64,000 bases of DNA from NCBI GenBank assembly GCA_051362555.1, contig CM120645.1:24642934-24706933 (forward strand). Reading direction: 5' to 3'. The stretch is from Lingula anatina (taxonomy: Eukaryota > Animalia > Brachiopoda). The notes under the pieces are model-generated. The model was not told the DNA's origin. It searched no databases and saw only the letters and a program-made list of their open reading frames with translations. The translations under genes were made by a program, and so were the position numbers. Positions 26,501-38,552 of the stretch are shown piece after piece; the stretch's first letter is position 1, and every line of letters begins with the position of its first letter.

Positions 26501-29500
26501 TCAACCATGTCCTCAGGGTCCTTGGTATCCACATAGACCCCAGTATATTCTGTACCATATCACACAGACATACCTCAATCATGTCCTCAGGATCCTTGGT
26601 ATCCACATAGACCCCAGTATATTCTGTACCATATCACACAGACATACCTCAACCATGTCCTCAGGGTCCTTGGTATCCACACACACCAGTATATTCTGTA
26701 CCATATCACACAGACATACCTCAACCATGTCCTCAGGGTCTTTGGTATCCACATAGACCCCAGTATATTCTGTACCATATCGCACAGACATACCTCAACC
26801 ATGTCCTCAGGGTCCTTGGTATCCATATAGACCCCAGTATATTCTGTACCATATCACACAGACATACCTAAACCATGTCCTCAGGGTCCTTGGTATCCAC
26901 ATACACCAGTATATTCTGTACCATATCACACAAACATACCTCAACCATGTCCTCAGGATCCTTGGTATCCACATAGACCCCAGTATATTCTGTACCATAT
27001 CACACAGACATACCTCAACCATGTCCTCGGGGTCCTTGGTATCCACATAGACCCCAGTATATTCTGTACCATATCACACAGACATACCTCAACCATGTCC
27101 TCAGAGTCCTTGGTATCCACATAGACCCCAGTATATTCTGTACCATATCACACAGACATACCTCAACCATGTCCTCAGGGTCCTTGGTATCCACATAGAC
27201 CCCAGTATATTCTGTACCATATCACACAGACATACCTCAACCATGTCCTCAGAGTCCTTGGTATCTACATAGACCCCAGTATATTCTGTACCATATCACA
27301 CGGACATACCTCAACCATGTCCTCAGGATCCTTGGTATCCACATAGACCCCAGTATATTCTGTACCATATCACACAGACATACCTCAACCATGTCCTCAG
27401 GGTCCTTGGTATCCACATACACCAGTATATTCTGTACCATATCACACAAACATACCTCAACTATGTCCTCAGGATCCTTGGTATCCACATAGACCCCAGT
27501 ATATTCTGTACCATATCACACAGACATACCTCAACCATGTCCTCGGGGTCCTTGGTATCCACATAAACACCTGTGTATTCAGAACCATCACAAAGACAAG
27601 CACCATATGCTCCAATAGACCCAGCTACCAGAGGCTTTCTTCTACCACTCACTTGTAAACAGAAAATTGAATTCTGCACTTAAGGAGAGTGAGTTCAACC
27701 CAATTGTTTGTCATTTTTTCATTTATTCCACAATAATCTATACTCGTCTGGCCTATATTCACATTTTAAAGAATAACATAATTAATTGAATTATATATAA
27801 AAATTACAAATGCGTCAATCAAGACAAATGGTCAGGGCAACAGCCAAACAATTTTAAACAACAGAAACAGAAACTTTTTCTGGGTAAAGATAATTCTTTA
27901 ATTATTACTTATTATTCATATGCCCTCATACCTGCCTTACTGCTGTTATCCTTCTTGCAGAAGTCTTCCCAGAATTCATCCCTGGCTTCCACTGCAAGCC
28001 TGACTGCTTTAGCCATCAGCTGTCTCGCCTCTTCTGCAGACATCCCCAAATGTTTCTGAAACCCATCCAGACTTGCCTGGTACGTGTTTGTAATGACAAT
28101 ATCAGCACCTGCATCTAGAAAACTGAAAGACAAAACATCCAATATTTTACTTTTCACATAAACTAGTGTTGTTATTTATATGTATAACAATGTTCTTAGA
28201 TGTCCATGTCCATGATTGTATTTTATTGGTAAAGGTGTATATCAATGAAGAATCTGAATGTTTGTCACACAGAATTGTAAGCTTCAGGATATAAAGCGTG
28301 TGTAACACCTGAAGGCAGTCTGCAGAGTTGGTAAGCAGTACAGAGACAAAAGATATACTCACAGGTAGAAATAATTTTTTATTGACTTATATTAGTGCAA
28401 AGAGCTAAGTCAGGTACTGGTAAGTATTACTGCACAGAATTGATATCATAAATTCATGCTGGCTTCAGTGTGTGAGCACACTGGGGATATACATACACTG
28501 TACCTATGTATTCAGCCAAAGTGTTTGCTTTAACATATCATCTATTATCATTAATATGTGTCTGTGTCACCCAGGGGCAGATCCAGGATTATTTGAAGGG
28601 GGGGGGGGGGGGGTCCAGACCGACAGACCTTGTATGCGAAGCTGACCATTGCCCCCTTGGTGTGGGATTCGGGGCCTGCTCAAGGGCCATAAAATTGTTT
28701 TGGGGTGCTTTCCCAGAGATTTAGATTAATCTAAAGATTAAGTTTTAGATCGACCTAACTCCCTGGGGGTTCAGGCTAAATTGCAGTCAGCCGAGCGGAC
28801 ACCATAGTTAATTACCCCTTTACAGCTTTTAGTAGGCGGGACAGACGCTTAAGCTGGCCAAGCTGACAGTAATCTAGTGAGACTCCCTACAGGGATAGAT
28901 GATCTAAAAATCTATGGAAATGGGGTGTTGGAGAGCAAACAGTGCCCTTTGGTGCAATTTAAAACTATGATTTAGATAGTCAAAATTCTAATTTCAAGAG
29001 GGCAATATTGGTGTGATATATTTTTTAGAAACGTAAGGGGGGTCAGGACCCCCCTGACCCTCCTATAAATCCGCTACTGGTGTCACCTATACTCACAGTC
29101 TGTGTAAGAGTTTGACTGGTGTCACCTATACTCACAGTCTGTGTAAGAGTTTGATTGGTGTCACCTATACTCACAGTGACTCTGTGTAAGAGTTTGACTG
29201 GTGTCACCCATACTCACAGTCTGTGTAAGAGTTAATTTGACTGGTACCGTGTCACCTATACTCACAGTCTGTGTAACAGTTTGACTGGTGTCACCTATAC
29301 TCACAGTCTGTCTAAGAGTTTGACTGGTGTCACCTATACTCACAGTCTGTGTAAGAGTTTGACTGGTGTCACCTATACTCACAGTCTGTGTAAGAGTTTG
29401 ACTGCAGCAGGATCTGTGGCCAGGAGGCGGGAACTCCAAAGTGGGTCACCCTGAAGATACAATGTACAAATAACCTTATTGAGACTTTAAGAAGAAATTT

Positions 29501-30644
29501 AGTATGAAATGCTGGCAAATAGCTGTGGCAACAGTAATAATAGTAGTACAGTATGTTATGTTGCCGCAGGCAAAAAAAAAGAGACCAAGCACCAACCGCT
29601 ACTGCTAGTAAGGGTTCCATTGGGTATTTACTTAACACTTGAAAAACACTTTTTATTTCCCCCCGAGATGCGCAACTCGTGAATGATGTCTATTATTTTT
29701 CACTATTTGTGAAACAAATTCGAAGTCATTATACGTACCAGATGAGAGTTTCCAGATATTCGACTGGTATTATCAATGAGACAGGAATAAAGTTTTATTT
29801 GCTGTGATTTGTGTATTGATGGTTTTATTTCACCTAGATTGGGATCACGCCCCCCCCCCCCCCCCCCCAATGTACTTTTGTTCTGGTTGCAATACAAGCG
29901 TTTTCTATCATTTAAAAATCCAAGTAATTACAACTGTAAATAAGGACCCAAAATATATCTTCTATCCTATTTTTTTTAATTATCCCTATATTGATCTTTA
30001 TTGAGTAGTACATGTACTTTCCCTGCTTTAGTATAGACATTATATAATGTATATCAAACTGTATATGGTAATCACTCTGCGGATTACTTCTTGTATTTGT
30101 ATTTGATCATGCCCGGATGTAGGGCGATTGTCAATAAACTTCTGATCTGATCCTAGTTATAAACAATTATTTAATTATAAACAATTATTTATAACCAAAT
30201 CATCATCACCACTTAAGTTTAATATTCTAACGGCAGCTACATAGACAGTCCTATATTCCCATAATGTTTTTTATCAAGACACGTGCAATGTCAACACGTG
30301 ACAGATGCTTGTTTTCCTGTCCAACCGGAAGTAAAACCTACATGTCACGTTGCCGAACAAGGTTTATACATAACAATTTTATGCACGTTATGGCCTTTTT
30401 TATTATTATCATTAGTATCTGAGCCTACTATCATCACCCCATGCGAGTAACTTTAACGTGAAGTCTGAAGAGGGAAATATCTCCCAATGTGCATTTGCAA
30501 TGCGAGCAGCGCTAGTTATTTGTGACTGGGGTAAGGTTGACTTACGAACAGATTGGTATACCCCATCTCGACCAGCTGTGTGGCGAAACCTCCGTCTATG
30601 ACCAATAGAGACGACGTGAGCCCTTCCTCTGACTTAAAACTCAT
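23541..30644 (-). CDS. Homocysteine S-methyltransferase (HMT/MmuM/YbgG-like, Zn-dependent)
   Basis: Exons 30644-30546 (VIDGGFATQL), 29450-29383 (GDPLWSSRLL), 28122-27932 (FLDAGADIVITNTYQAS), 27651-27530 (VAGSIGAYGACLCDGSEYTG), 25446-25297 (WHRPR..DLFAFETLP; an alternative in-frame acceptor at 25458 is possible), 24160-23955 (VGVNC..VYPNSGE) and 23697-23541 (IGGCCR). All three Zn-binding cysteines are present and the phases are consistent. Confidence 0.93.
24098..24365 (-). repeat. Triplicated ~90-92 bp unit spanning the acceptor of HMT exon 6
   Basis: atctctgtattttag|exon-start occurs at 24160, 24250 and 24342. Confidence 0.9.
25679..27595 (-). repeat. 72/74-bp tandem array (~26 copies) spanning the donor of HMT exon 4
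   Basis: Each unit contains the exon end (..VDTKDPEDMVE) plus GAG|gtatgtctgtgtg. A 736-bp higher-order duplication is visible as identical ORFs at 25851 and 26587. Confidence 0.97.
28572..29079. mobile_element. hAT-type non-autonomous element with 8-bp TSD and a nested MITE
   Basis: Imperfect terminal inverted repeats caggggcagatcca / taaatccgctactg, flanked by gtgtcacc at 28564-28571 and 29080-29087. Confidence 0.75.
28711..28922. mobile_element. Palindromic MITE family copy 2 (nested in the hAT element)
   Basis: Strong similarity to 40287-40490 (taactccctgggggttca..gtaggcgggac..atctagtgagactccc). Confidence 0.7.
29076..29404 (-). repeat. 39-bp tandem array (8 copies) spanning the donor of HMT exon 2
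   Basis: Plus-strand unit actggtgtcacctatactcacagtctgtgtaagagtttg; read on the minus strand it is the exon end plus CT|gtgagt. Confidence 0.95.
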
Positions 30645-31265
30645 CTCCAGGTCTGAGATGTTAATATATCTTCACCATCCACAGAACCAGTAGACATCAC
30701 CAGCTCGATCAGAAGTGTGGCGAAAGATGGCGACACCGTCAGCACACCACTTTCACTTTCACAGACAGTGACGAATGTGATTTTGAGCCCACTGTTTGAG
30801 ATTTTTTTTATCAATATTCATGTTTTTGAATGCAGGATCAGTATAAAAAGCAATTGTTTTTCAGTTTATACATTTACCACAGGCGGTGCAGTTCTTATCA
30901 AATCATACTAATAAGCTGTCCATGACTGTTAGTATTTCTCTTACTTTGTCCAATCATCAAGAAAAAACTGATTTAGAAAAGTGTGGGGATATTTAGCTTA
31001 CATACAGAAACTCAACAAATCACCACATGCATGACCACCACGTAAAGACCGTAAACAATTTCAGTTGCCATTACTCCCAGCCCGAGTACATGTATATGGT
31101 TTTATATTACCATTGTGGCTCTGCCTCTGTATGCATATTTCATATTTACTGTAAAAACAGCTGTCATCGTCTGTAGTAAAATATTTGCTGTTTTGCATGT
31201 TATTACACTTTAATTATCCATGTAATTACCTCTGTCAATTAGAAAAGGAAAAAAAGAAAAAGGTA

Positions 31266-31353
31266 TCTCGCGAGCCGGATTCGAACCAGCGACCTAAGGA
31301 TAGCCACGATTAACACCTACAGTCCTCCGCTCTACCAACTGAGCTATCGCGAG
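31266..31353 (-). tRNA. tRNA-Tyr (anticodon GTA) with a 15-nt intron (31302-31316)
   Basis: CTCGCGATAGCTCAGTTGGTAGAGCGGAGGACTGTAG[GTGTTAATCGTGGCT]ATCCTTAGGTCGCTGGTTCGAATCCGGCTCGCGAGA. Perfect acceptor stem, A and B boxes, C1:G72 and A73 identity elements, downstream poly-T terminator. Confidence 0.97.
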
Positions 31354-31547
31354 TCCTTATACACATATAATGTAAATACTGTATATATTTGTAAGAATAT
31401 AAATATTTTGTTCAATTTGCCAGTTTCTTTATTTTAAGATATTTTACAAGATAAATATAAAAATATCAGAATAGTAACATAGTTAACAATATTCCATAAT
31501 GAGTTCGTCATTTATACTCTTTAATACAGTGAATTATATCTTTTACA

Positions 31548-31624
31548 ATAGATGGCGTTACCTACTAATGTTCCGGTTCCGGTTAAAACCCGACTGGGAG
31601 GTTTTGCTAAGTGGATAGGTGAGT
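31548..31624 (+). promoter_or_regulatory. Candidate ITPR promoter / non-coding first exon
   Basis: YY1-like agatggcg (~31550), tandem ttccgg ETS-like motifs, and a strong donor TAG|gtgagt after 31618. A matching acceptor ttttcattgacag|33287 lies upstream of the ITPR ATG. Confidence 0.4.
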
Positions 31625-33455
31625 TAAAATTCTTACTTAGATTTAGAACAGATTAACAATTCTTTGCAATCGGTTTGTAGAATTCCTATGTACAACATTA
31701 ATTATGCAAATGATGCAGCATCATATATTCTGTATTGTTGTTCCCGTTTTGTATAGATAGCAGCTTGGTGTTAGAACTGTTACTTAGAGTTAACTACGCG
31801 AAGACTCGGCAACTGGCGACCGCAAATAATGCCTCGTAAGCTCTCATTGAATTAACTTAATTGATAGTTTTCAGTAGTGCACTTGTCCTATAGTATATGG
31901 CGCCATAATGTAGTTAGTATAGATGCTGTTATCACTTGTGTTATACCAACCAGAAGTAGAAGAACCCGCTCGGCCTCCCCCAACAAATTCACACTTAATG
32001 CTTAAAGCATTTAATTGTTTACCTGACAGCGTCTTCTTGCTCTCTCTCCTGCTCTCGTGTCATATATTTCCGTCTATCGGTTTAGCCAAATCCTTCCATG
32101 TGGATTATAGGTTTTATACTTTCTGGGTATGGTTAATTCATAGGGAAACGATTGACATAAGTTGAATAGTGCAATTCTGCGAGGATTTGATACAACTGCT
32201 AAACCTGTATCCGAGTAGCATGGGTTTTATGAAGGCCTATCTCATTGTTGCAATAGCATTGGGGTAGTCAGATTCTTGGCTTTTCAAAATAATTGCAGAT
32301 GAATTGTAAAGAAAAAAAAACACAAATTAAAGATCAATTTATAACTTAATGAAGCTGATTTTGTGTTTGAAAATGCCTCACAATTATGTTTTTATCCTGT
32401 AAAGCTTTTTATTTTCCCAATTTAGACCTAACAGATGATACGTCCCTATTAAGAAAAAAATAGTGTAAAGCTTACCTTATGTTTTTATCTCCTTAACTCA
32501 GCCATAGATCCTTTCAACTTGTAACTGCACATAAAAATAAAATCAACTTTACTGTACACTGTACTAGGCCTTGATACTTTTTTAGGTTGAGAGAAGAAAA
32601 TTGCTTTTAGCTTTAAGAAGTGAGTGTTTCATTTGCCTTGTCACAGGTGTATAATATGTCAAACTAGAAGTAAGAAAGGTTTCCTGTGCACCGCTCAGTA
32701 TATATCCTCATATTTGTACAGAAATGCATGGAGAAGAGACTAAGTCTTTCTGCGCATGTCCAAACCAGATCATAGTACCAGTGTGAGACCCGTTATGCGC
32801 TGTCAGCAGAGACTGGGCGTGTAGATCAAACCTGGTAAATTGATTATGGAATGCGACATTCGTATACATGTGTACAGTCACTGATTTCAACAATTGCTAA
32901 CCTATATGTATATATATATATATATATTTATTTATCTATTTATTTGTCTGTTCTATGTTCTAGCCACTAGTATCGTATTGTAATTGATTGTACCTTTATG
33001 TGAAGGTGTTGGTCAATAAAGAATCTGTATCTGTATCTGTATCTGTTGTTGTCAAACATTTCCTCAGCAACAGGCCAGATATGGCACTTATACCAGCCCT
33101 TTCAGCCTTAAGAAGGAAGTCTAAATAAAAACAAACAAAAATATATATAAATGATTAAATAAATAGATACAAAGGTTTGTTTATGTCTTTGATAGGTTAT
33201 GTTGATGTTAAATGTCAATACAAGGGAGAAAGAATTACAGTGAAATGTTCCATGCATTATTATAAGCTTATTCTTTTCATTGACAGGCCTTGGCTTCTGG
33301 AGAAAACAACCTAGACAAAGAGTCTGCTGCATTCTTCTATCCAGTCACAGCCCACTGCCTGGTCAGCGATGTTAGTGTAGAGAGAGAGAGAGGGAGGTGG
33401 TCAGTTATTGTCCTAGTCTATTGTCAGGAGAGAAGAGACCAGGAGTATTGTCACC

Positions 33456-36400
33456 ATGGGGGAGATGTCAACAAGTTTCCTTCATATAGGAGATATCATA
33501 TCTCTGTATGCTGAGGGTACTGTCAGTGGATTCATAAGTACACTGGGGTGAGTACACTGTCAGTGGATTCGTAAGTACACTGGGGTGAGTACACTGTCAG
33601 TGGATTCATAAGTACACTGGGGTGAGTACACTGTCAGTGGATTCATAAGTACACTGGGGTGAGTACACTGTCAGTGGATTCATAAGTACACTGGGGTGAG
33701 TACACTGTCAGTGGATTCGTAAGTACACTGGGGTGAGTACACTGTCAGTGGATTCGTAAGTACACTGGGGTGAGTACACTGTCAGTGGATTCATAAGTAC
33801 ACTGGGGTGAGTACACTGTCAGTGGATTCATAAGTACACTGGGGTGAGTACACTGTCAGTGGATTCATAAGTACACTGGGGTGAGTACACTGTCAGTGGA
33901 TTCATAAGTACACTGGGGTGAGTACTAGTAAATGTAAGTTGCTTTCTAGGTTTAAATAAAAGCACAAAGGCCAATTGTTTTTCTAAAATTGAGAAAGAAA
34001 GTGACCTATTAATTGTATTCAGAAAGGATGCTTTGAATAAATGAAGGACATGATGCTGACATTGGGCATAAAGTTGATGGAAGGAAAATTATGAAAAATG
34101 TGACATGACATGTTTGATAGGGAATTTGCACCTGAAATCCCCACTTTTATGGTCAAAGTTTGAGCAAGTATAATCTGCAGTTTTTTACACAACCCGTATA
34201 TTTACCTAACAGTAGGATTGGGCCACTAGAATTGTTTAATGAATTCAATGTACCATCATTATTTACCTAACAGTAGGATTGGGCCACTAGAATTGTTTAA
34301 TTTACACCGCATACAGCATACATTTGACTTGCTAATAAATCACTTGCACATCATAAATTGGATTCTTAAAGAATAAATCAATATTTTCTACCTTTATTTC
34401 ATAATTGGCCTTTTTCCAGCAGTAAGTGACACTAAAACAACGAGGAGTACTCTTAAACCCTACATATAGCATTTGTGTTTAATGTTTCCTGGAGCTCTAA
34501 GGAGAATAACAGTTTTTGTATCTGTATGTATTGTTTCAGAATAAAATTAAAATTTGGAACCTATGTACACTTTGCAAAGTGCACAGAAGCTGTACATATA
34601 TTAGAGACAGTACTATTGTAACTAATGATAGAACACAACAGATGAATTATGATGTGTGCTACAGTTTTGTGGTAAACTCAAATCAAAATGTATGTGCTAT
34701 GCCCCCCTTCTCACACACAAGACACCCAGACACACACAGTTTGATTTGATTTTTTTGGAGCCTGGCAACTAAATTTTCTGGCCTACTTGCCTCAGTAATT
34801 CATGATGAATGTGCATTTAAGACAAATGTAGGAGATAAAGGCTAACTCGCGTAATTCATAGAACATGTGTAAAGTTCTTACAGATGAGGTACATGAGTGT
34901 TTGATTATTTTGGATTGTTGTGAACATTTTATGCTGTCCAGAATAATAAGTTGAAAGAGGTATATGCAGAAAGTATGTAAATGACTAGTTCTTTTCAATG
35001 GGGAAAAATTATATAACTCTTTCAGATACATGATTTTCAATCATTTAAAATATAATTTTTATGTGGCTTTTTTTTGGTGCTTTTACTGTGTGGAATTGAA
35101 CTGTGTGGTATCCTGCATTTCAATATTGTTGCTTTTGCTCAGTAGGGATGTTCCTTTTATTAAAATTTATGACTTAAAAAGGAAACCAACATCTGTGAAG
35201 TTCACAATTTTCCCCATTGAAAAGACCAAGTAATGCCAGTGCTTTTAGACAGCTGATTATAAGCACTGGCAGTCAACAGTCGCATTACAGGTAAAATACA
35301 CTGCAGTGTGGTCATATGTAAAAATATTAATAGCTGTGTGTCATAAGCTTTGTAACTTGTAACTTTGCACTCCCTAGCCTGTTATTCAAGACTGAAATTG
35401 AAAACAAGTACAACAATGTAATATCTGGAGACTGCAGAGAAAGAGGGAGGAAAGTTTGCTCACAAACAGCTCATGTTATCAGCTCAGTGGTCAGAAGTTT
35501 GTTGACATATTGCTCAGCAACCAAATTGTGCCATCTTAAAATAGGCCTTATCTTGTCTACCTTCTTGAGCTCTTGATGATCGGATTTCTTTCTTTTTAAA
35601 GAGTCGGGTTAAATAGGGGCATGCCCCAGATCATGTAGGTCAGACACAACTTAAGTCTACCCAAACAATGATTTCAGGCTGATATAGCCATACAACAGTC
35701 AGCTCACTGTTATATCCACATCTTTATTTCTCCTATCTGTAGGCATCATTCCCATGTGATAAAACAGACATTGGTATAAAGTGCATATCTTAAGCCATAC
35801 AAGTTCTTTGAAAACTTAATATCAAAACTAGCTAAATATTTTTAAATCTATACATTGATTATCTATTAAATTCTTCAATTTTTGTCCAGTTGGATAATTG
35901 TGATAATAAGATTTAATGTAACTAGTTCTCAGGTCATTGTATGATGGACAAACTAATATAAAATAGAATACATCTTTGATCATTCTGACATTTTCTTCAG
36001 ATTATTCCAGTATAAAATATACAATTTTTTCCCAATCCCTTACGTGTGCCACCTTCAGTGGGGTTTCAGTGAGGGCAGATTTCCCAGCTTTAACATATAT
36101 AAATATATATTTAGAACATTAAAGACGTAAAACCTGCAGCTATACAGCATGTAGAAATTACAGCCTTGTAATCTTAGTTCAAAGCATGACTTGCAGCCTA
36201 GAACAAGGTGCAGGGCCTCTGCTTACTGCTTGAACAGTTAATGACCAGCAGATGAGTGGAGCTCTCACAGTGGTGGAGAGAGAGGAGGGTTACCTAAAGC
36301 AGGTGTCTGCAGATCTCACCTTGGTGGAGAGAGAGAAGAATGTTGTCTAATTACTGGACCTGTTACCTGGCCAGAGGGATAAAGCAGGAACCAGTAGCCT

Positions 36401-38521
36401 GTTGAAAAACTTCCCTTCTGGAATGAAAGCTAGCTGAAATGACTTCAAGTTAATGACCTAAGACTTTTCGATAGAATTGAAGACAGCTTGAAACACTTCA
36501 GAAAAAGATCAGTTGAAATAAGTGAAAATTGTTGAAATATGCAATGAGAATTAAAAAATACCTTTTTTTTCCTTTCTGCTATTAAAAATGAAGATAATTC
36601 ATGTGTGTATGGACTAAGATATCTCCTGAAGTTTCTGCTATCAGTGATATCATCTTTGTATAGTAGCAAGTGAACTGTGATGTTATATTAGTAATAGAAA
36701 TGATGTGTGTGCTATTGGTATTAGAAATGGAATGAGGTGTCTATTTTGCCTGTGGAAATGCGTGTTCATATAAAATGACAATTGTGTTCAGATGTTTTCT
36801 TTAAACTGTTGTGCCCATTGTGTTTGACTTGCTTTTACCTTAAATCACTTTCTCAACATAAACTGTTACAATAGCACAGCATGTATTACAATATAATAAT
36901 AACAGATAATACAGCATTACAGAATAACTTGGTATATATCTTACTGTACAGTGTGTTCAGATCAGCAGGGTGTAAAATGGCAAGGATCGAAAGATGGTGT
37001 AGGATTTTCATTTTTGATGTATGGTAATAACTTGATATTTTCAATGGGCAAAAATTATCAAACTTTTAGATACATCATTTTAAAACCATAAAAAGTATAT
37101 TTTTGTATAGCAGTTGTGGTGCTTTTAATGCTTAGAATAGAACTGTAAGGGAGTCTGCTTTTCAATTTTGTTGTCACTACACTACAAAACTAGATTACTT
37201 GAATTTTTGTTTTCCAAACCTGAAATAAACAAAAAATTGATAATTACAATAATCAAGTTTTCATACTCAATTTTCTTATTAATTAGTTTTAAGTAAGTTT
37301 AAATTTCCCTCCATTGCAAAATTACAATGGATTTGGTTTATTGAAATATTCTTGGAAATTACACTAAATTTATAATAATTGAATAATCTTTTGGTTGACC
37401 TGATTGATACTGTATACATCTCCCATTCAAAATGAATTGTTGAAAAAATACCTTGATGAGATAAACACTTCTCAGTGTGATTTCTTTCTTGACATTATAA
37501 TTGTTTGGACAATATGTTAGTGTTTTGAACGGCAAAATAATAAACCTATCTTCTGTAATCAATTCAATGACAAGGCAATTCACTGAACTATTCTTTTGTT
37601 TACATACCCTAATCAAGATGGCAATAAGTAAAATAATAACAGTGCATGATGATGTAATTGACTAAAAAATGTTCAACCATTCTATTCCATTCAAACGAAG
37701 TTGATGTTGGCATAGGTGTTGTGGTGATGGAAAAAACAAAAGTTAAGAGCTGCTTTGACCTTTCAAATTGTAAGGAAAGTTGTTGATAAAACTTTCATCT
37801 TGTAACCTATTGCTTATGATAACAACAGCTAAAGCTATGTAGATTAAAATTTCAGTAAAGATATCATTTACATATGGAAGTTCAATGTCTCCTGTAAAAA
37901 AGAGGTTCACTCATAGACTGAAAAATAATTTGGTCCTTTTTCGCTGCCTCTGCCATCTTATCAAGCTTAAAACTTATTCGTGAATCATGGTATGGGCTAG
38001 AAATTAGTTGAAATTTTGCTTAAATAGTTTCAGTTTGGGGATTGATATCTGAGGTTTTTCTTAAAAACAACACATTTCCTAAAATGTTAGAATAATTTTA
38101 AAGGTCAAAAACAGATTTAAACAGTCAAATTTATTGGCGTAAGATGTCAGTATCATTTCCTTGAAAATAGGCAGATGAATCTAACAAAATGTTTTGAATG
38201 CCACAATTGCATGGTATCTTCATTATACAAAATTCACACCCTTTTGATAGAATTGTTTTGTTTGGACATTTCATTCTGACATTATCCTTGTAGATAACTA
38301 ATATTTGATTTGAGTGCATGGGTATCATGGTTGGTGTTATTTTGTTGGGTAACATATTGAAATTACATACCTCATGAATTTGATTTCTGTCATTGCTTAA
38401 ATCAAAGCTATTACACAATGTAATTCTGCTTGAATTTTATATTTGCAAAATGACGTTAGACTCCAGTCATGTCAATAATTACATCAAGTGACAAAGAAAC
38501 TCACTAAGAAACCATGCAGGC

Positions 38522-38552
<31 letters not shown>

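Noticed and set aside
25571-27488. Multiple 70-99 aa ORFs (MDTKDPEDMVEV...)
   Set aside because: By-products of the 74-bp intronic array.
32900-33046. AATAAA plus (TGTATC)n tail suggesting a LINE 3' end (similar feature at ~30060-30152)
   Set aside because: Plausible, but no RT/EN coding remnant or TSD could be identified by eye.
33517-33925. CRISPR-like appearance of the 37-bp repeats (and of the other arrays)
   Set aside because: Units are head-to-tail with no unique spacers, there are no cas genes, and the context is eukaryotic.
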